DNA of 64,000 nt from positions 36,574 to 100,573 of the forward strand of contig JBFMAF010000021.1 in NCBI GenBank assembly GCA_040755995.1, written 5' to 3'. The stretch's first letter is position 1. Each line of letters starts with the position of its first letter. This DNA is from Acidobacteriota bacterium (lineage in GTDB: Bacteria > Acidobacteriota > CAIWXX01). The position numbers and the translations under genes were made by a program. The notes beneath the pieces were generated by a model. It saw only the letters and a list, made by a program, of their open reading frames with translations. It did no database searches and was not told where the DNA came from. This document shows positions 39,619-50,179 of the stretch, piece by piece.

Positions 39619-40773
39619 ATGGGGAATCCGCGTCCGCAAGGCTCGCTGGTTCACCGGGCACTGCTGATCGGACTGAAGCTGAAGCGCGCGCGCCAGTCTG
39701 ATTTCATGCTTTCGATGGACGAGATGGCCGGGCTGGCGCTCACGGCCGGGGCGACGCTCGCCGGGAGGATTGTACAGGAGCGCGAGCGGATCGATCCGGC
39801 CTACTACTTCGGCCGGGGCAAGGCCGACGAAATCGCGAGCCTCTGCGCCAGCGAGAAGGCCGAACTGGCCCTGGTCAACGACTCGCTCAGCGCCGCGCAG
39901 GCCCGGAATCTGCAAGAGAGGATCGACTGCAAGGTCGTGGATCGCACGCAGCTCATCCTGGACATTTTCGCCAAGAGGGCCCAGACGCAGGAGGGCAAGC
40001 TGCAGGTGGAGCTGGCGCAGCTGAGCTACCTGCTGCCGCGTCTGACGGGCAAGGGAGTCGAGCTTTCGCGGCTGGGCGGCGGCATCGGCACACGGGGACC
40101 CGGCGAGATGAAACTCGAAGTGGACCGGCGGAGGATTCGGGAACGCATCCACAAGATCCATGAAGCGATTGACAAGGTCCGCATGACCCGTTCGCTCCAC
40201 AGGCGACGGCGGGAGAGACAGGGAATCCCGACCCTCGCGATCGTCGGCTACACCAACGCCGGGAAGTCGACACTCTTCGAAAGGCTGACCAGGGCGCATA
40301 CGCTATGCTCCCCGGCGCTCTTCTCTACCCTCGACCCCCTCTGCAGGCGCATACGCCTCCCTGGAGGCAGTCTCTGCTACGTCTCGGACACGGTCGGCTT
40401 CATTCGCAAGCTGCCGGTAGAACTGGTTGCGGCTTTCCGCGCTACGCTGGAAGAAGTGGTGAATGCGCACCTGCTGCTGCACGTCTGCGATGCATCCAGC
40501 CTCGATCTGGACGGGGACATCCGCGCCGTCGACAAGGTGCTCGCCGATCTGGGCGCCGAGCGCAGGCCCGTCATCAAGGTATACAACAAATGCGACTTGC
40601 TCCCGCCAGACCTCTCCCGAAGACGAACAGAGGATGCCGTCTACATCTCGGCGCTGAGGGGAGATCACATCGATGCGCTGGCAATGGCCATCGAGCACCG
40701 CTTGCAGCGGACGCGCTCGATGAGCCGCCCGGCACCGGCCGGCACGGATGCGAAGGCTGTCATGCAACTCTAG
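39619..40773 (+). CDS. hflX: GTPase HflX
   Basis: DRTQLILDIFA, EGKLQVELAQL, GYTNAGKST, DTVGFI, NKCD. Confidence 0.96.
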   Translation: MGNPRPQGSLVHRALLIGLKLKRARQSDFMLSMDEMAGLALTAGATLAGRIVQERERIDPAYYFGRGKADEIASLCASEKAELALVNDSLSAAQARNLQERIDCKVVDRTQLILDIFAKRAQTQEGKLQVELAQLSYLLPRLTGKGVELSRLGGGIGTRGPGEMKLEVDRRRIRERIHKIHEAIDKVRMTRSLHRRRRERQGIPTLAIVGYTNAGKSTLFERLTRAHTLCSPALFSTLDPLCRRIRLPGGSLCYVSDTVGFIRKLPVELVAAFRATLEEVVNAHLLLHVCDASSLDLDGDIRAVDKVLADLGAERRPVIKVYNKCDLLPPDLSRRRTEDAVYISALRGDHIDALAMAIEHRLQRTRSMSRPAPAGTDAKAVMQL

Positions 40774-40961
40774 GCGGGTTGAGCTGAAGAGATTATGTTG
40801 CGATTGAGCCAAGTTTTCAGAGCGGCGCGTTATCTGCACTCGGGAGCTGCCCGCTCACTACTCTCTACTCTCCACTCTCCACACGAGGCGCGGCCGATGC
40901 CGCCTTGCATGCTTCATCGGCCCGAGCCCGCGCCTCGCCCCGATGAAGGGATGTGATGCAC

Positions 40962-42326
40962 ATGCGGGCTTCGACCGGTAGTTCCGGCAGATTCTGGATC
41001 GCGGGTCTCGTGACCATAGCGGTATGCATGGGGCTCGTTGGATGCGCTCCAAGGCGACCGGCGCCGCCAGTCGGGATCTACCTGGAGGACCCCCTGCTGG
41101 CCGAAAACCTTGACGCGATGCGTAACCGGGATGTTCTTGACGACTTCCTGGAGGCATGGCGCGATGTGCAGACGGGCAGGCTGGATGTTGCCAGGAGAGA
41201 TTTCGAAAAGATCGGACGCAAGCCGGACTGGGAGCGCCCGGCTCGCGTGGCCCTGGCCTACGTAGCGCTAGCGAGCCACGACCGGTCGCAAGCGGCCTCG
41301 GTGTTTCGGGAGGTCCTGGATGAGAACCCGTCGAACGTTCCCGCGCTGCTCGGGTTGGCACAGGTGATGGACGCGGAGGGGCGGGTGCACGAGGCCTACG
41401 ACCTCTACAGCAAGGTGCTCGTTGTGTCTCCCTCGCACGCGTTCGCTCAGCTGCGCTGCGACATCACGCGGCTGCAGGCTACCGACCTCTACGTGCGCCG
41501 GGCGAATGAGGCAGCCACACAGAACAAGCCGAAGCAGGCGATCGAGCTCCTCGAGAAGGCCCTCTCCCTCGCCCCCGACCGCGCTCCACTCTACCTGCAG
41601 CTCGGCGATCTCTACCTGCGCCTGGATGACTACCCGCATGCCATCTCGAACCTTCAGCAGGCAGTGGATCGTGCTCCGCAGGACAACGCCGTCAGGGCCC
41701 GCCTGGCCGAGGCGCTGTTCATGAACGATAATCTCGAACAGGCGCAGGGCGTCTACAAGGAGCTCGTCCAGCTCGATCCGAAGAACTCAGTCTACGCCGA
41801 GCGCCTCAGAATGGTGCAGGACGCCATCAAGTGGAAGAAGGTCCCTCAGCAGTTCAAGGAGATCCCGGCCGCACGCGTTCTGACGCGTGAGGCGTTGGCC
41901 GCCCTGATCGCTCTCAAGGTTCCCGAGGCTGTCCAGAAGCAGGATGCCCCCACAGAAATAGCTATTGACATCGGAGGCTGGAGCCGCGAGTATGTACTGC
42001 AGGTGATCCAGGCTGGTCTGATGGACGTCTATCCAGGGCATCAATTCGCGCCGCGTGAGGCGGTGAAACGCGGTGAGGCCGCGCTGGTGGCGTCGCGCGT
42101 GATCACGAGCCTCAGGCTGCGATACGAGGGACTGCGCTCCTCGACATACACGTTTACGGTGAACGACGTCGGTCGGGCGCACGTGTACTACGGCCCTGTG
42201 CAGACGTGCCTGCTGTATGGCCTGTTCCAGCTCGACGCCCACGGGGATTTCAACCCGGCATATACGATGAGCGGCCTGGAAGGTGTCAGGCTCGTGGACT
42301 CCCTTGCGCACTTGATCGGGAGGTGA
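40962..42326 (+). CDS. Lipoprotein with TPR repeats and C-terminal SLH-like domains
   Basis: Lipobox LVGC; TPR helices; SLH-like GLMDVYPGHQFAPREAVKRGEAA and DVGRAHVYY...DFNPAYTMSGLE. Confidence 0.8.
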   Translation: MRASTGSSGRFWIAGLVTIAVCMGLVGCAPRRPAPPVGIYLEDPLLAENLDAMRNRDVLDDFLEAWRDVQTGRLDVARRDFEKIGRKPDWERPARVALAYVALASHDRSQAASVFREVLDENPSNVPALLGLAQVMDAEGRVHEAYDLYSKVLVVSPSHAFAQLRCDITRLQATDLYVRRANEAATQNKPKQAIELLEKALSLAPDRAPLYLQLGDLYLRLDDYPHAISNLQQAVDRAPQDNAVRARLAEALFMNDNLEQAQGVYKELVQLDPKNSVYAERLRMVQDAIKWKKVPQQFKEIPAARVLTREALAALIALKVPEAVQKQDAPTEIAIDIGGWSREYVLQVIQAGLMDVYPGHQFAPREAVKRGEAALVASRVITSLRLRYEGLRSSTYTFTVNDVGRAHVYYGPVQTCLLYGLFQLDAHGDFNPAYTMSGLEGVRLVDSLAHLIGR

Positions 42327-42329
42327 GGC

Positions 42330-43010
42330 ATGATCGAGGTCAGGACGCTGCGGACGATTCCGCTGTTCTTGGATCTCAGGGACGATGAACTCACGGAGCT
42401 GGCGCGACTCTGCCAGATGAAGACAATCGAGAAGGACAAGATCATCTTCATGGAGGAGGATGCCGGGGAGTACTTCTACGTCGTGCTGAAGGGGAAGGTG
42501 AAGATCGCAATCGAGGGTGACGGGGGCAAGGAGGTGATTCTGAGCTGGCTGTGCGAGGGGGACTATTTCGGCGAAATGGCACTGCTCGACGACGAGCCTC
42601 GCTCGGCCACCGCCATCGCCGCCGAGAAGACCGAACTGCTCCTCCTCAAGCGCCAGGAATTCCTGCGTATACTCAAGGAGCATCCGTCGTTCATGCTTCG
42701 GGTGTTCACGGTTCTGAGTCGCAGGGTGCGAAAGGCGAACCACCAGATCGCCTCGCTGGCACTTCTGGACGTCTACGGGCGCGTGGCGCGCGTGCTGATG
42801 GATCTCGCGATGGAGGAAGGCAAGCGGCTCAAGGACGGCCGGATTCAGCTCAAGCTGCCGTCTCGCCGGGAGATCGCCAACATGATCGGCACGAGCCGCG
42901 AGACGGTTACGCGGGTCCTGGCCGGCCTCGCCAAGCACGGCTACCTGGAGAACCTCGGCCGCGTGGTCATCCTCAACGAATCGTTTCCGAAGACGGGCAA
43001 GGCAGCGTAG
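42330..43010 (+). CDS. Crp/Fnr family transcriptional regulator
   Basis: FGEMALLDDEPRSATA cNMP pocket; HTH REIANMIGTSRETVTR. Confidence 0.95.
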   Translation: MIEVRTLRTIPLFLDLRDDELTELARLCQMKTIEKDKIIFMEEDAGEYFYVVLKGKVKIAIEGDGGKEVILSWLCEGDYFGEMALLDDEPRSATAIAAEKTELLLLKRQEFLRILKEHPSFMLRVFTVLSRRVRKANHQIASLALLDVYGRVARVLMDLAMEEGKRLKDGRIQLKLPSRREIANMIGTSRETVTRVLAGLAKHGYLENLGRVVILNESFPKTGKAA

Positions 43011-43175
43011 GGGCGCACGGCGTCCGCCTCTGCTGCTTCTACATTTGTAGAATGACTGGAGCGCACGACGTGCGATCCGGGCATGCTACCGGCGTGGGAT
43101 CTCCAGGAGGCGCGTGCCGCCCGATCCCGGTATGCCGCGAACGTGGGATCTCGAGAGGGCGCACGCCGTGCGCCC

Positions 43176-43886
43176 CTAGCCCAGCTTCTCTTCGATTGCG
43201 CGGATCACGGTTTCTACCGTGCTGGTCCGCGCGTAGTATTTCGAGTTGGCGGGGATTACGTGCCATGGAGCATATGCGGTGCTGGTGCGCAGGATCATCT
43301 CCTCGACTGCCTCGGCGTAGGCGTCCCACTTGGCGCGATTCCGCCAGTCCTCTTCGGTCAGCTTGTAGCTCTTGAACGGGTCGGTCTCGCGGGCTTTGAA
43401 CCGCCTCTCCTGCTCCTCCTGGCTGATGTGCAGCCAGAACTTCGCGATTACCGCACCGGATGCTGAGAGCTGGCCCTCGAATTCGTTGATTTCCTGGTAC
43501 GCCCGTTTCCATTCCTCCGGCTTGCAGAAGCCCTCGACGCGCTCGACCAGCACCCGACCGTACCAGCTTCTGTCGAAGATGGCGATGTGCCCCGCCTTGG
43601 GCACGTACTTCCAGAACCGCCACAGGTAGTGGTGGGTCCTCTCTTCGCCCTCAGGCGCTGCGTACGAGTGCACGGCATAGCCGCGCGGATCGAGACGCTC
43701 GGTGAGCCTCTTGATGTTGCCCCCCTTCCCCGCGGCGTCCCAGCCTTCGTAGACGACCACGACAGGCAGCCTCTGGCGATAGATCCGGAACTCGATCTCG
43801 CGCAGCTTGTCCTGCATCGCGGACAGCCTCTCCGAGTACTCTTCCTTCGACAGGGTCTTGGTCAGGTCGACTCGATTCAAGATCAT
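43176..43886 (-). CDS. ppk2: Polyphosphate kinase 2 family protein (single domain, class II-like)
   Basis: EGWDAAGKGG, LDPRG, FDRSWYGRVLVERVEG, KFWLHIS, APWHVI. Confidence 0.92.
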   Translation of the reverse strand: MILNRVDLTKTLSKEEYSERLSAMQDKLREIEFRIYRQRLPVVVVYEGWDAAGKGGNIKRLTERLDPRGYAVHSYAAPEGEERTHHYLWRFWKYVPKAGHIAIFDRSWYGRVLVERVEGFCKPEEWKRAYQEINEFEGQLSASGAVIAKFWLHISQEEQERRFKARETDPFKSYKLTEEDWRNRAKWDAYAEAVEEMILRTSTAYAPWHVIPANSKYYARTSTVETVIRAIEEKLG

Positions 43887-44194
43887 TGGAGCTTCATCCC
43901 TCTGCCGCAGAATCCCGCGCTCGTCCGGCACCCGGAAGCGCCGGGTTCGAATATCCCGGTTATTCTATCACGCCCGGTCAGATAGGGCTGTCGCCGAAAG
44001 GCGTCAGGGTGCTCGACCGGACTGGGAATTGCCTCACTCGGCTCGTACCCGTTCCCGGCACGAACGTCGGGAAGGCGAACGGGTGCGGCACCCAAGGCAT
44101 CCCACGGCTGCACTGCTGCGCGGCCGCGCGGCCCGAGCCTGGACACGCCGTCGCGCGATTGTCTATAGTGGAGCCCATCGGAAAAGGAGAGGGC

Positions 44195-45901
44195 ATGTCG
44201 ATAAATGTCACACGCCGGGAGTTTATCAAGAGTGCTGCAGCTGCTGCGGTTGGAATGAGCGGCCCGGGATTGCTGCGTGCCGCGAGCGGCTCGGTCAAGG
44301 AATTCGACCTGGTGATCAGGGAGGGGGCGGTCTACGACGGCCGGGGAGGCGCTGGCGTCAAGGCCGATGTCGGAATCGCCGGTGACACGATTCGCGCGGT
44401 GGGCCGGATCCCGGCGGAGAGAGCGGCGGCTGTAGTGGAGGCCAAGGGATTGGCTGTGTGCCCGGGCTTCATCGATCTCCACGCCCACACCGATATCGAG
44501 CTGCTGGTCAACCCCAAGGCCGAGAGCTCCGTCCGGCAGGGGATCACCACTATCATCAGCGGCAACTGCGGCGGTTCGGGCTGCACTGTGCCTGACGCAG
44601 TTTACGAGGAGACGGTGGCCACGCTGAAGGAGGTGTACGGGCTCGACCTCACCTGGCGCGACATCAAGGGCTTCCTCGGTCGCCTCCAGCAGAGCGGTGT
44701 GGCGATCAACTACTCGACGCTGGTAGGCCACGGCGACGTCCGCGGGACGGTGATCGGCTACGGCGACCGTGCGCCAACGTCCAAGGAGCTTGAGACCATG
44801 GCGGCCCTCGTCCGGCAGAATCTGCTGGACGGCGCGGCGGGCCTATCGAGCGGCCTGGAGTACACGCCCGGGAGCTTCGCCGGGTCTGACGAGCTCGTGG
44901 CACTGTGCCGTGTGGTGGCCGGCATGGGCGGCGTATATGCCACGCACATGCGCGACGAGGGCGATCAGTTGATCGAAGCAATCGACGAGACGATTGGCGT
45001 GGCCCGGCAATCCGGCGTGAGCGTCCAGATCTCTCATCTGAAGACGGCATACCCCCGCAACTGGTCGAAGATCGACATCTCGCTCGCTCGCATCGAGTCT
45101 GCGCATCGCGACGGAGTGAAGATCTTCTGCGATCGATATCCCTACATCGCAGGCGCCACGGGCCTGAGCTACTACTTCCCGCAATGGGCGCGCGAGGGAA
45201 CGACCGAGGATTTCATCAAGCGACTTCAAGACCGGGTCCGCGAAGCGGAGATCCGGGAACACCTCGCCGAGGCGGAGAAGAGCCTTGGCTCCTGGGACAA
45301 GGTGCTCATCTCGGATGTCGTCACGGAGAAGAACAGACCCATCGAAGGGAAGAACATCCTCGAAGCCGCCTCTGCGGCCGGGAAAGAACCGTATGCGTTC
45401 ATGAGAGATCTTCTTATCGAGGAGAAAGGGCGGGTGGGAATGATCATCTTCATCGCGAATGAGGAGAACCTGAAGAAGATCCTGGCCCATCCGCTGGTGA
45501 GCGTTGGAACGGACGGGACGGCGTTGGCTCCATACGGGCCGCTCGGCCAGAGCAAGCCTCATCCGCGCCACTACGGCACATTTCCGCGGGTGCTGGGCAA
45601 GTACGTGCGCGAGGAGAAGATAGTCCCGCTTGAAACCATGATCCGCAAGATGACCTCGGCAGCCGCGGAGAAGTTCCACTTCGAGAAACGCGGTCTGGTC
45701 GAGCCGGGCTGTTTCGCGGACCTGGTGGTGTTCGACCCGGAGAAAGTCATCGATCGGGCGACATGGGTCGACCCGCATCAGTATCCGTCGGGGATCGAGT
45801 ACGTGCTGGTAAACGGCCAGGTGGTTGTAGAGAGAGGTGAACACACCGGTCGCCTGCCCGGCAGGATACTGAGGCCCCTGGCGAAGGCGGCGAAGTCGTG
45901 A
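44195..45901 (+). CDS. N-acyl-D-amino-acid deacylase (amidohydrolase) with Tat signal
   Basis: TRREFIK twin-arginine motif; PGFIDLHAHTD, GNCG, THMRDE, HPRHYGTFPRVLG. Confidence 0.9.
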   Translation: MSINVTRREFIKSAAAAAVGMSGPGLLRAASGSVKEFDLVIREGAVYDGRGGAGVKADVGIAGDTIRAVGRIPAERAAAVVEAKGLAVCPGFIDLHAHTDIELLVNPKAESSVRQGITTIISGNCGGSGCTVPDAVYEETVATLKEVYGLDLTWRDIKGFLGRLQQSGVAINYSTLVGHGDVRGTVIGYGDRAPTSKELETMAALVRQNLLDGAAGLSSGLEYTPGSFAGSDELVALCRVVAGMGGVYATHMRDEGDQLIEAIDETIGVARQSGVSVQISHLKTAYPRNWSKIDISLARIESAHRDGVKIFCDRYPYIAGATGLSYYFPQWAREGTTEDFIKRLQDRVREAEIREHLAEAEKSLGSWDKVLISDVVTEKNRPIEGKNILEAASAAGKEPYAFMRDLLIEEKGRVGMIIFIANEENLKKILAHPLVSVGTDGTALAPYGPLGQSKPHPRHYGTFPRVLGKYVREEKIVPLETMIRKMTSAAAEKFHFEKRGLVEPGCFADLVVFDPEKVIDRATWVDPHQYPSGIEYVLVNGQVVVERGEHTGRLPGRILRPLAKAAKS

Positions 45902-46317
45902 GATCTGGATCAACGTGGACCTGCCCGGAATGTGGCCGGCACTTCGCCAAGACGAAGCAGTGGCATTCCTGTGAGGTCCGCGGCATCGACGACCACTTTC
46001 GCGGGAAGGGCGCCGAGACCAGGTCTCTGTTCGATACTCTCGTCCGGAGGTTGAAAGAGACGGGCCCGCTTCGCATCGATGCCGTCAGGACTTCGATAAA
46101 CCTCATCAGCAGGCATCACTTCGGCGGCGTTCGAGTGCGGGCCGGCTACTTGCGCGTCGGGTTCCTCGCCACCGAGCGCATTCTGAGCCCTCGCATCGTT
46201 CACACAGAAGTGATCGGTACAAACTGCATCGGCCACACAGTCCTTATCCGCACGACTGCCGACATCGACCGAGAGCTCCTCGGGTGGCTATCGCGAGCGC
46301 GAGCGCTGCGGTCATAG
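45898..46317 (+). CDS. Hypothetical protein, DUF5655-like, with N-terminal zinc-finger motif
   Basis: WTCPECGRHFAKTKQWHSC; DIDRELLGWL; GTGA coupling to the upstream gene. Confidence 0.7.
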   Translation: MRSGSTWTCPECGRHFAKTKQWHSCEVRGIDDHFRGKGAETRSLFDTLVRRLKETGPLRIDAVRTSINLISRHHFGGVRVRAGYLRVGFLATERILSPRIVHTEVIGTNCIGHTVLIRTTADIDRELLGWLSRARALRS

Positions 46318-46324
46318 GGGCTAC

Positions 46325-47080
46325 ATGAGCGGCGCGCACGGCGGCTTCCCCACCACACGGCATTCGGCGCTTGCGCGGGCGCGCAGCCCGGATGCGGAGG
46401 TCCGACGGCAGGCATACGAGGCGCTCGTGAGCTGCTACTGGAAGCCGGTCTACAAGTACCTGCGCGCGCGCTGGAATCTCCCGCCCGAAGACGCCGGAGA
46501 CTCGACACAGGAGTTCTTCCTGAAGGCCATCGAGAAGGATTTCTTCCAGGGCTACGATTCGTCCCGCGCGCGATTCCGTACGTACATCCGGCTCTGCCTG
46601 GATACGTTCGTGATGAAGGAGCGGCGCGCCGCGAAGCGGCTGAAGCGAGGCGGCGGATACGAGCTCGTGCCGGTCGATTTCTCGAGCGCCGAGGGCGAGC
46701 TGCGCGCCAGCGGCCGGCAGAAGGTAGCGGATGTGGAGGAGTATTTCCGTCGCGAGTGGATTCGCGGACTCGTCGACATGGCCATCGATGCGCTTCGCCG
46801 GCACTACGAGTCGTCCGGCCGCGGCGTCCAGTTCAGCGTCTTCGAGCGATACGACCTCGAGGCTACCGAAGCCGATGACAAGCCCCGCTACGAGGACGTC
46901 GGTCGCCAGCTCGGCCTCTCGGTCGCGCAGGTCACCAACTACCTGTCGACGGTGCGCAGGGCCTTTCGCGCGGCTGTGCTGGAGAAGCTCCGAGAGGCCA
47001 CTGGCTCGGAAGCGGAGTTTCACGCGGAGGCGAGCGAGATGTTCGCAGCACTCGGGCCTGCCCGTTCGCAGACGCGGTGA
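46325..47080 (+). CDS. ECF sigma-70 factor (kinase-associated type)
   Basis: FPTTRHS N-terminus, YWKPVYKYLR, DAGDSTQEFF, RARFRTYI, region 4 YEDVGRQLGLSVAQVTNYL. Confidence 0.85.
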   Translation: MSGAHGGFPTTRHSALARARSPDAEVRRQAYEALVSCYWKPVYKYLRARWNLPPEDAGDSTQEFFLKAIEKDFFQGYDSSRARFRTYIRLCLDTFVMKERRAAKRLKRGGGYELVPVDFSSAEGELRASGRQKVADVEEYFRREWIRGLVDMAIDALRRHYESSGRGVQFSVFERYDLEATEADDKPRYEDVGRQLGLSVAQVTNYLSTVRRAFRAAVLEKLREATGSEAEFHAEASEMFAALGPARSQTR

Positions 47081-47211
47081 CACGGAGACACGGAGGCGCG
47101 GTGAAGGGACCCAGACCGCCTCTGCGCGCCTCGCACTCACGGCGTCACCGTGTCAGTCGCGAGCTGTATCGACTGCCTCTCGTCGGCGCGCGCCTGCCCA
47201 GAAGGGCACTC

Positions 47212-50079
47212 ATGGCCATCGTTTGCGTCCTCTTCGCGTGCGCGCCCTGTCTCGCGCAGAGTCCATTCGGTCGCCTCTACGTGCGGGTGATCGATCAGAC
47301 AGACGCGGTACTTCCTGGCGTCACCGTTACGTTGCGCGGCACGGGTATCGGCTTGGTCTCCGGCGCGACTGGCATACTCGGCGACTTCTGCTTCGTGCGC
47401 CTTCCGCCGGGCAGCTACGACCTGACCTGTGAGCTCGACGGCTTCCAGCCTCATGAACAGAAGCAGATTCGGATATCCGGCGGCGCCACCGTGAGCGTGA
47501 AGGCACTCATGCAACTCTCGATCATCGCGGAGTCTGTGACGGTTGTGGCGCCGGCCGGGGTCGCTGAGCTCAAGCCGGCCACCTCCCGGGTATTCACGAG
47601 GGACGATCTCGATCGCCTGCCCATGGCCCGTGATCCCGCAGGTGTCGCGGCAAACGTAACGGGGCTGGTGGTGGACCGGGCGGACCTGGGGGCATTCGTC
47701 GCCGGAAGGCAGTTCCTCATCGGCGGCTTCGGCGATCTATCCGGCAGAAATACGTCCTGGGAGATCGAAGGGCTCACCATCACCGACATGCGTGAAATCG
47801 GCACCTCGCCGATTCAATACGACTTCGACTCGATCGAACAGATCGAGGTGACAAGCGGCGGGGTCGATCCGTCGGTGCCTGCCGGAGGGATCACCCTGAA
47901 CCTGATACCAAGGTCCGGCGATGACAGCTGGAACGCCTCGGCTCGATTGCTCCTCAGCGGCAAGAGCCTTCAGAGCGACAACACCAGCGAGCTCGCATCA
48001 GAGGATAGACCCGACGGCCAGACGAGCCTGGACGGATTCGCGTGGAGCCCCTCGTTCAAGCGGCCGACCGTGTCGCGATGGTATGAGATCGGCCTGGAGG
48101 CCGGTGGACCGCTCCGCAGAGGCCGAGCCTGGCTCTGGGGTGCCGCAGGGGTTCAGGACATCGACGCCCAGGCCATCAGCGGCGACCCGGACGACACGGC
48201 CGTCCGGAATCTCTCCCTGAAGCTGAACGCCACAGCCGGCGCTTCCACCAGCATCTCGTATACGCTGCTGTCGAGCCGCAGGAGCGCTCTCGGGCCGGGA
48301 TATCGATCCTCACGCCCGGTCGCCGCGGTCCTCCGCACGAGAAATCCTTCCGCGCTGCACCTAGTGGAGGTGGCCTCTCAGCCCCGGCACGATCTGGCCC
48401 TCTCGGCCCGCGCGGGCTACGCCGTCGAGACGGACACCAGGACGCCGGCGGAAGGCATGAACGTGCCTAGCCGTCGAGACGCCTCCGGAGAGTGGTTGGG
48501 GTCGTACCGCGCTTCAGACATCCATCGCCCCCAGTGGGAATTCGAGACTGACGCGCTGCGTCATGCCGAGTTCGGCGGGAAGATCCACGCGCTGAAATTC
48601 GGCTTCTCGTACAGGCAAACGCGGGCGGACACCCGCACAGAATGGCCTGCGGGCGGTGTCATCTCCGATGCGTACCGCGGGCTTGCGCGGATCACGCGCC
48701 CCGCCGAGAGCTCGGTGTGCACGTCCTATCTGGGGCTCTGGGCCGGGGATACCTTTGCGATCGGTCCGACCATCGTGGGTGCCGGCGCCCGATACGACAG
48801 GCAGTCCGGCGAGCTTCTGGATGCAGCAACTCCGGGAAGCGGTGTTTACGGCGGGCTGCTCCCGGCGGTGTCCGTCTCCGGCCGCGACGCGCCGTTCCGC
48901 TGGAGCGACATCTCGCCTCGCCTCGGAGTCACCTTCGACCTGACCGGCAAGGGCCGGACGCTTCTCCGGGCCAGCTACGCGCGATACGCCGATCAGCTCG
49001 GCAGCGCGCTCCTCGCCGGCCTAAGCCCGATCTCGACGGTGAGCGAGTTGGACTATCCGTGGGTGGACGCGGACGGCGACGGCCTCGCCGAGACCAGTGA
49101 AATCGATTTCACCGGCGGGCCGGCCGAGCACTACAACATCGACCCGCTAGACCCGGCCAGCCCCCGCGGACGGGTCACAATCGACCCGTCTCTCTCGGCG
49201 CCTCGACGTACAGAGATCGTCATCGGCGCCGAGCATGAGCCGTGGTTCGGCGTCCTCATCGGACTCACCGCGATTTGGAAGAAGCTCGACAATGACACCT
49301 GGATCGTGGGCACAGAGTACAAGAACCCAACCCGGCCCTACACCTTCGACGACTATGCGCCCGCCGGCTATCTCTCCGGCACGCTTCCGGATGGCAGCGC
49401 GTACTCGGTCCCGTACTATGAGTTGAGGCCCGAGCGCGCGGATCTGCCCGGAGCCGGTGTGGACTCGCTGCTCGCCAACCGGAACGGCTACTGGGAGGAG
49501 TACGCCGGTACGGAAGCGTATGTCTCGAAGTCCCTCGCGAATCGCTGGTACGGTCGCGCATCGTTCGCCTGGCAACGTAGCCGAAGGTTTTATCGCGGTA
49601 CTTCCGGCATCGCCGACCCGACCAATGTATGCAGCGCCGAAGACATCATCATCCTCTCGGACGTCGGCGGCCGGGCCGAGTACTGGATCGGCACGCCCCG
49701 GTGGCACCTCACCGCGGATGCGCTCTATCAACTCCCGCGAGGCTTCGATGTGTCAGCCACTTTCTCAGGTCGCGAGGGCAACCCCCTCGTCTACTTCGTA
49801 CGCAAGCCTGCCGTCGATCCGGGTGTGGCCAGAAAGGACGTTCGCGCCGAACCCGGTTACAACCGGAAGCTGCCCGCCGTCTGGGAGCTCGATCTCTCCA
49901 TCGCCAAGACCCTCACCCTCGGCAAGGCAAACATCAGCCTGCGCATCGATGTCTTCAATCTTCTCAACCGCAACACGCCGCTTCAGGTGGAAGGCCGCCT
50001 GAACGCTCCCGTCACCAACGAAGTCAAAGACCTGGTGCCCCCGCGCACCGCGCGCGCAGGAGTGCGAGTCTCGTTCTGA
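47212..50079 (+). CDS. TonB-dependent receptor, paralogue of 1029-3914
   Basis: DQTDAVLPGVTV, YDFDSIEQIEVTSGG, ISPRLGVTFDL, terminal RAGVRVSF; start uncertain (GTG 47077 or ATG 47212). Confidence 0.88.
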   Translation: MAIVCVLFACAPCLAQSPFGRLYVRVIDQTDAVLPGVTVTLRGTGIGLVSGATGILGDFCFVRLPPGSYDLTCELDGFQPHEQKQIRISGGATVSVKALMQLSIIAESVTVVAPAGVAELKPATSRVFTRDDLDRLPMARDPAGVAANVTGLVVDRADLGAFVAGRQFLIGGFGDLSGRNTSWEIEGLTITDMREIGTSPIQYDFDSIEQIEVTSGGVDPSVPAGGITLNLIPRSGDDSWNASARLLLSGKSLQSDNTSELASEDRPDGQTSLDGFAWSPSFKRPTVSRWYEIGLEAGGPLRRGRAWLWGAAGVQDIDAQAISGDPDDTAVRNLSLKLNATAGASTSISYTLLSSRRSALGPGYRSSRPVAAVLRTRNPSALHLVEVASQPRHDLALSARAGYAVETDTRTPAEGMNVPSRRDASGEWLGSYRASDIHRPQWEFETDALRHAEFGGKIHALKFGFSYRQTRADTRTEWPAGGVISDAYRGLARITRPAESSVCTSYLGLWAGDTFAIGPTIVGAGARYDRQSGELLDAATPGSGVYGGLLPAVSVSGRDAPFRWSDISPRLGVTFDLTGKGRTLLRASYARYADQLGSALLAGLSPISTVSELDYPWVDADGDGLAETSEIDFTGGPAEHYNIDPLDPASPRGRVTIDPSLSAPRRTEIVIGAEHEPWFGVLIGLTAIWKKLDNDTWIVGTEYKNPTRPYTFDDYAPAGYLSGTLPDGSAYSVPYYELRPERADLPGAGVDSLLANRNGYWEEYAGTEAYVSKSLANRWYGRASFAWQRSRRFYRGTSGIADPTNVCSAEDIIILSDVGGRAEYWIGTPRWHLTADALYQLPRGFDVSATFSGREGNPLVYFVRKPAVDPGVARKDVRAEPGYNRKLPAVWELDLSIAKTLTLGKANISLRIDVFNLLNRNTPLQVEGRLNAPVTNEVKDLVPPRTARAGVRVSF

Positions 50080-50179
50080 GACGGCGCGAGGCGGCCGGAG
50101 GCGAAGAGCTTGTTACGAATGCCACCCGTCGAGGACAATGGGTCAGAGTTTGGCTGAGGCGGGCCCAGCGCCAGATCAT

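Noticed and set aside
43886..44194. N-terminal extension of the D-aminoacylase
   Set aside because: RBS and Tat signal place the start at 44195
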